Part shown: one piece after another, positions 23,051-32,020 of the stretch | Position numbering within the stretch: the first letter of the stretch is position 1 | Layout of the letters: each line of letters begins with the position of its first letter | DNA from: Catajapyx aquilonaris | Taxonomy: Eukaryota | DNA: 32,020 nucleotides | Assembly: GCA_000934665.2 (NCBI GenBank) | Contig: KZ538063.1 | Location: 186,001-218,020 of the forward strand | Direction: 5' to 3' | Notes under the pieces: model-generated | Database searches by the model: none | What the model was told of the DNA's origin: nothing | Seen by the model: the letters and a program-made list of their open reading frames with translations, nothing else | Made by a program: the position numbers and the translations under genes

Positions 23051-24429
23051 CTGGTGTATAGTATACAAGTGTGTGGCGATCCTACAGGACGATCAGTACT
23101 TTGCATCGATATTATACGTCCGCGGATTCTACTAAAGACAGAATCGTCAGCCAGGATCACCACATACTGCGACTACACCAGCGCAGAAACGGCAACACGG
23201 TTGGAAGAACTAAGCTGACAGGGGTCTCCATAAGGCTGGGGTAGGAGTGTCAGCGGGTTAGACAGAACAGAACGTAACGGACATGAAAAAATATAAATTT
23301 ATCAGAATTTGTCTTTCAACAGGTTCTTATTAGGTTACTTCACCAAACATGCCGTCCCATGTCCAATCTGTGCCCGTGTGAACCCCCCCGGAAATCTTAG
23401 TCTCGTTGCGGCTGACTTCCCTCCTGAACTGGGGAGAATGAAGCTGAGCGTAAAACCGTATTAGGCAAGAGCCAGAGAGGAATTAAGGTTCTTAAGCCCG
23501 ACATAAAACACCCCCACCCATCCACCCAGCTTCCTAAACAGCCACCTTTTGCTGGCAGGCATAAAAACAGGTTATGTGAGATCAATTCATTCTGGGGGCC
23601 AAAAACCTTGTAGTGTGGCAACCACGCAAAATTTGGCAAAAAAGTGCTCCATACGAGCCGCAAAAAAACAGCGGCAGTAGCTGCATAATTGCAGTGTCAC
23701 TCATTGCTTTGTCGGTTTTTGAGAAAAGTAATTATTGTTATTGCGCCCCCTGGCCACAAGGCCAGTTTTTTCTGTCACACAGCTGTCCGCCATGAATTGC
23801 GCCAGATGTGTGTGCACGTACGACTTAATTACGTTCTGTACATACTAGGCTTTAAAACCTTCAGCCCCGGTTTTATGTCAAATTATAGAGTGTGACTCTG
23901 CCCAAGTTGAATTTCAGGTTACGCATCGCTGTGCGCCATTTTTGTGACCGTCTCCTTGAGTGTATAGAGTCTGCTCCCCACATTTTGGTTGAACTGTAGC
24001 AGTGTACCTCAGCTTCTCTGGAGCTTTTCTCTGAGTGGGTGGAGAGTGGGTCGGAGTCAACTCGAAATTCAGGTCGTAGCAGCAGCCAAATTCGGTTTTG
24101 GAATTATAACGCGCCGTTACGGGTTTCCAGCCCAACGGTCCGCTCCTCTCCCCACCAGCCTACCCCCCCCCCCCTCTCTAAAAAAATATGGGCGTGTGGA
24201 GCTGACAGCCAACTGTTATTTAGAGCGGTTTGCATTGCTGTCCGCCCCAAAAAAGAGCCCTTTTCCCTCCAACACATTCCCCCAAAAACACAACCCTGGC
24301 ACTTTTCAACACCACCCATATCATTATGTTAATTCACGCTACGCAGACGGCTTGGTGTTACTACGCGCCACTAGTATGTCATGTGCAGTAACAACTGGCT
24401 TAATGACACCGTTACATTTACACTCCAAT

Positions 24430-24580
24430 TAGGATAGAGTAGGTTCGGTTCGGTTAACCTCTGTGAGAATAGGTTAGGGTATGTTTAGGTTATGGCTAGG
24501 GTAGGCTAGGTTAGGGCATGTTTAGGTTATATTAGGCTGGGTGAGCATGGGTTAGTAGGTTAGGGTATGTTTAGTAGGCG
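24430..24580 (+). repeat. Degenerate interstitial TTAGG-like repeat block
   Basis: Variants TTAGG, CTAGG, TTCGG and TAGGG in tandem. Confidence 0.8.
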
Positions 24581-24840
24581 CGCAGGTAGAAAAATTAATT
24601 ACTGGTGTCATTTCATAACAACTAGGTGAACAAACTGTAAAGGGCGGGAGCAAACCCGTCGCGTCGCAAGCGGAATTTCTTTAGGGTTCAAGGTCGCACG
24701 AGCTTAGGTGAATGTGGGAGATTTGAATGGGTGTGTATTTGATGAAAATTGGCAGCACTTTTTTCCAAAAAATCATGAAATCATAGTTTCTAATGCTATT
24801 TCAAACATTTCAGGGGGGCTGCCCTGTCTACGCCACTGTG

Positions 24841-25122
24841 TTTAGGTTAGGTTAAGTCATGGTTAAACTAGGTTAGGTTGCCGATTCGAGCATCACATGG
24901 TAGGCTAGGTGAGGTTAAGTCAGGGTGGGTGGTGGCTTAGATAAGGTTTAGAACACAGTAGGTTAGGTTAGGTTAGGTTAGGTTAAGTCAGGGTGGGTGG
25001 TGGATTAGATAAAGTTTAGAACACAGTAGGTTAGGTTAGGTTAGGTTAAGTCAGGGTGGGTCGTGGCTTGGATAAAGTTTAGAGCACAGTTATTGTAGGA
25101 TAGGTTAGGTTAGGTTAGTTTA
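24841..25122 (+). repeat. Higher-order repeat of (TTAGG)n runs alternating with a unit of about 48 bp
   Basis: GGTTAAGTCAGGGTGGGTGGTGGMTTAGATAARGTTTAGAACACAGTA starts at 24913, 24981 and 25044, separated by 4 and 3 GGTTA units. Confidence 0.88.
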
Positions 25123-27298
25123 GATCTCCAGATCGCTGTCAAATTGCACACTGGTTTTGCCTCACCCCGTGCGTCCGGACTACTCCAAATAGAAAATTCT
25201 ATCTAGTCCAACCCCTGAGATGGAACGTGACCAATGCGGCGTTTGAGCGCGAAATTGGAAACAGGTGTTTTGCACGTAAAAAAAATATATACAAAGAAAA
25301 AGTCGGTCACGCATTCGGTATATACGTCACGTCCGTTGCGACGCGACGGGGGAAAAAAAAGGTTCCCGGAAAGGCGAGTCCGGGTGTAATTCCATTGTTT
25401 CCTCTCGAGCGAGGACCGGAATTATCCCTCCGGACAATCACAAAGTGAACCGGACACACACTGCACCGAGTTTTACGGCTCAAAAGCAGGGTACTAACTG
25501 GGTTGGGTGCGAAACTGGGTATGTTTTTTTTTTTTCTTTTTTCAAAATGGATCTACCTCCTTCTTACTATGCGCTCAGGAACTCATTAGGGTCCATCGAG
25601 AGGAGAAGGGGGAGAACCAAAATTATTCATACGCCCTAAATTCGGTTTCGGGAGGCTCGGGTAGTAATTAAACATTTATTCGATTGCAGAGGCTAGCGGT
25701 CCCAAGCGGCGAAGAGAGAAGTTCACCTGCATTGTTAACGGGCCAGAAGGTACTATCAGGGATGGAAAGGTCGGGAATTGGCTCGAGTCTGTGCCTCTGT
25801 CTGTTCGGGATGAATCATTATCTTCGTTCAGCTAGGTCCACGTATTACCAGTACCGACACTGAGAGTGGCGTTAGTAAGCAGATGCGCCATCTATGCGAG
25901 TGGTATGGTACTACGTTGTCGTGGGCCCGGGCATCGTTGCCAAGTTTTTGCAAGGAGGTAACTCTCGTTTGAAAGAGAAGCAACAATCGCAATAAGTAAG
26001 AGCCGCAGCGAACAATTTATTTTCTAGGACTGCGATGTATGCACGCACAATACGTTAAGTACACGTCCCTGCAGAGTTAAAGAGACTCTATGGATTATTA
26101 TAATAATGGTTCTGGGCCAATTGGAGAGTGCTCATTACTCCTAGTGCGCATTTACATTTCCGCGAATTGCTTTGCTTCTACCTAATATATTCATTATGGT
26201 ACACAATATTGTTATTACTCGGGGTTTCGTAATAAGACTAACAAGTAGTAGACGCCCGCCTATTACATCAATTACTGCTTTTGCCGGATAATAATGCCCA
26301 TCACTGTGATTACACCTCCCAGTAACTGCCAGCATGAGAGTCGGATTGTATTTACTTATTAGTAACATTAAATTATATACGTATCTCTAAAAATTAATAG
26401 AAAAATTTTACAAATTAAAAATTCATTAATTTTAAAAGTAGAAATGGAATTGAAATATATTAGAATTGCCAAAAATTAAACGACTACACATTTAACTAAC
26501 TTTCCGATTCTTTGCCTGTAAATAAGTCGTTACTCTGCTTTCTGAGCCAATCAAATATTAATTAGTGAACCAGAGTTGGCAATACTGCCTATGGGCGGAG
26601 CCTGAAGAAAAAAAATCCCGCGGTTTTATGCCGGTTCGCATTACCATAGAGTGCAAATTGGATATTGCAAATTAGACTCTTTCTTACCCATCTTAACACT
26701 GAGCCAAGTTTTATTCCCAGGAGCAGGATTGGATCTATGCAATAGTAGTCGTAAAAGGAACGCGATATTATTTTAAACGCGACCCGTTTCCGCCAAAATA
26801 TCAAGTCATTCCATCGACTAATCACAACTCCCCGCCCCCTCCCACAATTTTTGCTCCCAAAAAAATTTATAAGATGGGGGGGAGGGGGGAAGCCAAAAGG
26901 AGCAGAAGGCATTTACATCCTCACTTCCAACATTTATTATGGGCTGCCGAATGGGCAAACTTTGAGTGCTAATAAAAGTCAAATTTGCATATCCTTGCGA
27001 TAAAGCCCCGGATTTGCATATCTCTATCACCGGAGTGATAAATCTCCGGAGACCCCTTCTTCTTCCAAATGGATTTTTGAACTTTTGACTTTTTTTTTCT
27101 TCGGTGGGCTTTTAAAGCCTGTTTCTTACGATCCGGATAACGAGTGGAAACATCGGATGTGTATGTACGAGGGGCGTGGAAAAAATGAAACATTTTGATC
27201 GTCCGCGGTGAGTCATCATCGCCAATTAGTCATAGTCCACTAGACCCTGAGAGTAGGAGGAGTGTACAGAGAGTGGGCCATCTATATGAGGGACGCTC

Positions 27299-27390
27299 GG
27301 TAGGTTAGGTTAGGTTAGGTTAGGTTAGGTTAGATTAGGTTAGGTTAGATTAGGTTAGGTTAGATTCGATAAGATTAGGTCATGTTAGAT
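27299..27390 (+). repeat. Interstitial (TTAGG)n, the arthropod telomeric motif
   Basis: Pure TTAGG run grading into TTAGA variants. Confidence 0.92.
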
Positions 27391-28200
27391 TTGGTTGGAT
27401 GAAAATAACAAAGCCTGCATTTGCGACTTTGTCTCTCTGTCTGTCTGTCTATCTATCTCTTGCTGGATGGCACGGGGTGTTCTATGCGCCAAAGAGGGGG
27501 TGGGTGGGTGTGGGTGGTTGAGTCTTGGCAGAATGGGAGGAGAATGGCGGATGCCTGTTGCCAAAATTCCCTGCGCCAACCCGACCTTTGTATGCGGGAC
27601 ACGCCACCATTTGTCACGGGAGGCGACAAGACGCGACCGAGAGTTGGACTAAAATTATGCGGGCCGGAACGAGCCGGAACGATCCGGACACGACCGTGTT
27701 TTCAATTACAAATTTTAAATAAAATCACATGAAATTGACAATTTCAAACAAATTTAAATTTAATGACATTAAAAATAAAAATTAACTGAAATAAATTTGT
27801 CAATTTAATTAAATATATCCAATTTCAAATAAAATCACGTGAAGTGACACGAAATTGAAAACAAAATTAAATTAAATATTAAAAACGAAAATAATGGCCC
27901 TCCGCCTGCTCTCTTGTCATTGGCCTACTTTTGGACCAATGCGATGAATTTGTTCGAATCATAAAAGGCGTAGTTTTTTTAATGAGCGTAAGTCAGTCAG
28001 TCAGTAGGCAAGGCTCGTAAATCAGTGGCAGGCATTAATTTAGGACGTCGAGTTGGGTGGGCCATGTCGACCGGACAGGACTCGATCCGCTTCAGCGTTT
28101 GACGCATGGAAAAACCTCGCTCACAAAACTAACTTCTGCTAGCGTTTTTTTGGGGGTAGTCAGCACAGAATATGGCATGGACTAGTTCTGTCTAGTCTCA

Positions 28201-28301
28201 GATTATACTAAAATCACGATAACTGTTGCGCTGAAGGCAGGGTCAAAAAATTATATTAGCTCCGCCTTCAGCGCTACAGTTATCGTGATTTTAGTATAAT
28301 C
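28201..28301. repeat. 38-bp inverted repeat (1 mismatch) with 25-nt spacer
   Basis: GATTATACTAAAATCACGATAACTGTTGCGCTGAAGGC (28201-28238) and GCCTTCAGCGCTACAGTTATCGTGATTTTAGTATAATC (28264-28301). Confidence 0.88.
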
Positions 28302-29395
28302 GGTATCAACTCGCATTCCGATCCGATCTGTTCGCCCGTACAGTCCGTTCCGTCCCTAGTCATAGCTGCCAACCTGTGCGCAAGTTTGTTAATAGGCGGA
28401 TTTCAATAAACGAACCCAATTTCGGGAGAAGCCAATCAGAGAATTTGATCGATACTGGTTTAATCGGACTCGTATAACCCCTCAACAGGTCTCGCCTCCT
28501 TGATTGGTTCTCCCCTCTCGCAACCCCCTTTACCAAAATCGGAGGGTGGTAATTTAGCTCCAGAAGTGAGATGCTATCGATTTCGCCAACATTGGCTTGA
28601 TTGTTGCGATCGGACCCCTTGCATCGATCGGACCCTCATTGGTCAGCCCGCTTACCACTTCCCAATAATCACCTGCTTCAATCAAAGTCCGACACTCTCA
28701 AATCGCACTTAAATGTAAGTGGAAATAGCTGATGTACAGTGTTGGACATTAATCGAGGCATTCGAGGCACTGGTGGCTAGCGACATTTTCCGAAGCGGCA
28801 GAAGAAGGAATCGAAGATAAGGATACTGCAAGCCTGTTATTACTGTATAAATAAAAATGACGATTTTTCCACTTAATGCTAAATGGAAAGCGAACGAAAA
28901 TGTGTACGTATAAGTGGAAAATATTTTCCACGTTAATAAGTGGAATTAATAATGCTCGACTTTTCCACTTAACTGTATAAAATACGGGATATAAATGGCA
29001 TTAATTTGTAGGAAACGAATGAAATTTTTTTGAAGAAAAATATAGAAAAGAAGTGAAACGTAAGTGAAAAAATAAGTGGAGAAAATGGGTTGAAAAGTGC
29101 TGAGAGTGGCTTCGGCCAATAGGGTTTTGATAGCTGACAAAACAAAAAAAAAGGCGGGGGAAAAATGATCAAAGAAGTCGAGTCATGCAAACATCATGTG
29201 GTGCTTCGAGGGTAATTAGGCCGTCATTGTGGTACGCCCGCTAAGTCATCAAGCACTTGATGGAACTTTTCCTGAAGTTGCCTCTACACTGACGGACGTG
29301 AGTGACGTGGCTCCATCTACTACTGGAGGTCCAACTCACATTCACAGCAAAAAAAAAAAAAAACCGCACAGGATTGGTCAGAATTATCTAAGTTC

Positions 29396-29661
29396 CAAGG
29401 TTGCCAGATTAAATTTTAATTAGCGGCAGTGCTAGCGGATAACGTACAACTTAATTTCATGTTTACGTGCATTAGGTGTAACACATACAATGTAAATCAA
29501 TGTTGATATAGTTACCGAAAATTAAAACCATAATTTGTCCAAAATATGAATGAAGGTGTCAAAAGAAATTTTGCGATAAAAATCCGTCCGTAATATTCCT
29601 GCATCGAGATAATTAGATTCAGTCAGAACTTACAGTTAGTTAGATTTAGTCTGGCAATCCG
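29396..29661. mobile_element. Degenerate hAT-like MITE
   Basis: Ends are CAAGGTTGCCAGATTAAATTT and AGATTTAGTCTGGCAATCCG. The flanking 8-mers CTAAGTTC and CTGAGTTG (6/8) resemble an old 8-bp TSD. CAGGGTTGCCA-like termini also occur at 7741, 12285/12372 and 21953. Confidence 0.4.
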
Positions 29662-30478
29662 CTGAGTTGATTCCCTCCAAGCCCTATCAGTACTCCTGAC
29701 ATGAAGCGAGTACAGTACTGCGGTGGTCAGAGTAATGAGGGAACCTCGAACAACCAGACCCCATCAGGAGGTGCCTGGAAGTAATTATTCCTGGCGTGCA
29801 CTTGGCACAAACTTGCGCTCCAATTAGCCTCAAATTAAGGCAGTCTGCACATGTGTGTGGGGGTGTACAGTTAGGGTGGGCTCCATTTGACCCCCACTCT
29901 GGAGCCTCCAGGTCATGTTAATTGTACGTACACTCGGCAAAGATGGAGCGGTTTAAAGGACTAATTGCGCTCTAATTATTGGTGTAGGTTGTACGCAACG
30001 TTCATGAATCAGGAAGATGGATCAGCATGTGTGAAAGTCCGGAACAGGAAATATCGTCTTCATGGTTGCCAACATTTCCATCAAAACTATACGACAATGT
30101 TGCCAGATTGCAGATTATGTAAATTTAAAATCGCAATTAAATGTACAGTATATTATTACACGGCCATAAATAAGAGTGTCAATGACATCATTTTTAACAT
30201 AACACTTACGTGACCACGAACCACTCACACCACACCTATCTCGGGGATCAGACTGACCTGCAAGAAGAGAAGAGAGAAATTAACTTCCTGTAACATCCTG
30301 TACATAGTAGCATAGCCTACTAGTGGCCATTTTCTATGACGTTACACGGATATAAAATGGCCGCCACTTCGAATAGGGACAAAGTTGGTGGCCATCTTGG
30401 ATATTGATCAAAAATGGCCGTCAGTCCCAGGAATAACTTCACGTGGTCAACATGGATGTCGGCCATATTGTATTTGGA

Positions 30479-30635
30479 TTCAAAATGTCCGCCATTCATA
30501 GGAATGAGGTCATAGAGGACTATCAAAGATGGAGGCCATTCACGTTGACCACAACGCGTTGTGGTCAACGTGAATGGCCGCCATCTTTGATAGTCCTCTG
30601 GGAGAATCATTCCTATGAATGGCGGACATTTTGAA
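30479..30635. repeat. 157-bp spacerless near-perfect palindrome within a GCCAT-rich repeat
   Basis: Centre is AACG|CGTT at 30556/30557. From the centre: 23 bp perfect, 1 mismatch, 19 bp perfect, a 6/7-nt internal loop, then 29 bp perfect. Confidence 0.92.
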
Positions 30636-31679
30636 CTGACTGGCTGCCATTTTGAATCCAAATACAAGATGGCGGCCAGTCAGTTTAGACTTAGTCAGTC
30701 CCTCCGCTTTGATGAATTTTGCGACAATGTAATGTCCTGATGAGCCGGCTTTGTTGCAGTCAAGCGCACCTAATTAGTGCCAGGATCAGAAAAGTGGCGG
30801 AGAGTGTTCCCCGGTAATGAACTCTTTGCAATGGAATAAGGGAGGATGGCTCGGGTGATTTCCTGGGTGCCAAATCCTCCCTGCCCCCTGCCCTTCCCCT
30901 CCCTCCCTTCCAGAGAGAGGTGGGTGGTATAGGGTATGAAGCTTGTGAAAACGAGGTAATATTGGATTGAGAGTGGTCCGGAGGAGAGCTGTGAGACCGG
31001 ATTTTCCCCTGGAATAATCCAGAAGGAAAACAGGCCAGAAGGAAAAGAGAGGAGCCTGTGAGTATAAGCCTAGAGAGAGAAAGAGAAGAGGCGGGGGGGG
31101 GGGGGGAAGGAACCGGAAGAGAGAGAAAGTGTGTGGCTCTCTCTGGTGGATCTGTTTCGAATGCAAACACAGGGAAGGGATTTGGAAACTGGGCGGGTTT
31201 TCCGGGGAAAGTCACGCCACCAAGCTCCGGATCCCTAGCTCTCTTTCTATATATACACCTGGTGCCTACAGGCCGGTACACGCCCAACAGCCAATCGATG
31301 GAGAAGAAAAAGGACTGTGCATTGCCTGGACAAACAAACAATGCATTTCATAACAATAGTGAGTGTAGATGGTTTTTAAACGAACGCAACGGAGTGCGCA
31401 CCACATTTCGCCCAGTGTGCACAGTTGGTATTATCAAGAGCTAATAACTGAGAGCATGTGACAAGTCCTCTGCCGTGACTGAACCTCTGATGGACCAGGG
31501 AAGTGTTGAGATTAGTTTCCCTCTGGCGCGACTAGGCCGAACCAAGAAGGGAACCTTTGTCCCTCCCAGAGACGTGGCTTCTTCAGGGGGTCAACTCTTT
31601 CTGTTCCTCATTTATCACCTTGGGTTGGGGTGGGTGCGAAGAAAGGCCCCAGGGCTCCTGGACTTTGACCCCCCCCCCC

Positions 31680-31714
31680 NNNNNNNNNNNNNNNNNNNNN
31701 NNNNNNNNNNNNNN
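31680..31714. other. Assembly gap (N run)
   Basis: Ns after poly-C. Confidence 0.99.
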
Positions 31715-31841
31715 ATACACATGGGTTTCCGTGGGCCTGTTTGTGACATGCCTGGTACGAATCGAGTATGAAAAGATAGGTTTTCGACACCTTAGAATTC
31801 ATATTTGCCGTCAAAAATGCAAAAAGGTGCGTCCTTAAAAT

Positions 31842-32019
31842 ATTCTGCGGATTATTTTAAAAGGTTCATTCCGTACCTGTGATAAGCCCGAGGATGATAG
31901 ATTAGGAAGGGAGTCTGACTCTGTGGGATGGGGTCAGATAAGTCAGACCCTTCCCCTAATCTACCACCCTCGGGCTTATCACAGGTACGGAATGAACCTT
32001 TTAAAATAATCCGCAGAAT
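31842..32019. repeat. Fold-back element, arms about 79 bp (outer 52 bp perfect), 20-nt spacer; may extend past the window end
   Basis: ATTCTGCGGATTATTTTAAAAGGTTCATTCCGTACCTGTGATAAGCCCGAGG (31842-31893) is the exact reverse complement of 31968-32019. The inner arms are imperfect to 31920/31941. Confidence 0.88.
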
Positions 32020-32020
32020 T

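Noticed and set aside
24430..27390. True telomere or chromosome fusion site
   Set aside because: The runs are short, degenerate, all on one strand and embedded in ordinary sequence, with no head-to-head TTAGG/CCTAA junction.
30760..31444. 193-aa, 126-aa and 128-aa ORFs
   Set aside because: These are low-complexity translations of GA-rich and poly-G sequence with no domain features.

Overview
This is eukaryotic genomic DNA, most likely from a non-dipteran arthropod, judging by the Dpr-family exon and the interstitial (TTAGG)n blocks. It is a draft assembly with four N-gaps at G/C homopolymers. The only well-supported coding sequence is one 182-bp internal exon on the minus strand (5718-5537). 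It encodes the start of the first Ig domain of a Dpr6-like neuronal cell-recognition protein (EPYFDASTPRNVTALVGKTAYLSCRVRNLRNRT). The rest is most simply the long introns of that gene. These are filled with non-autonomous transposon derivatives (Tc1/mariner-, Harbinger- and hAT-like MITEs and a compact Helitron), several minisatellites, TTAGG-containing composite repeats and many long near-perfect inverted repeats. I found no operon-like or multi-gene novel system, CRISPR array or RNA gene. The most interesting points are: (i) an in-frame internal 5' splice site in the Dpr exon that could give an 11-nt micro-exon and an isoform with a broken Ig1; (ii) unrelated minisatellites that each carry strand inversions or fold-back caps; (iii) a dense set of long intronic hairpins, some with CRE, YY1/Pho or X-box motifs; (iv) a higher-order TTAGG repeat. 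All coordinates were read by eye, and transposon family calls rest on terminal structure only.
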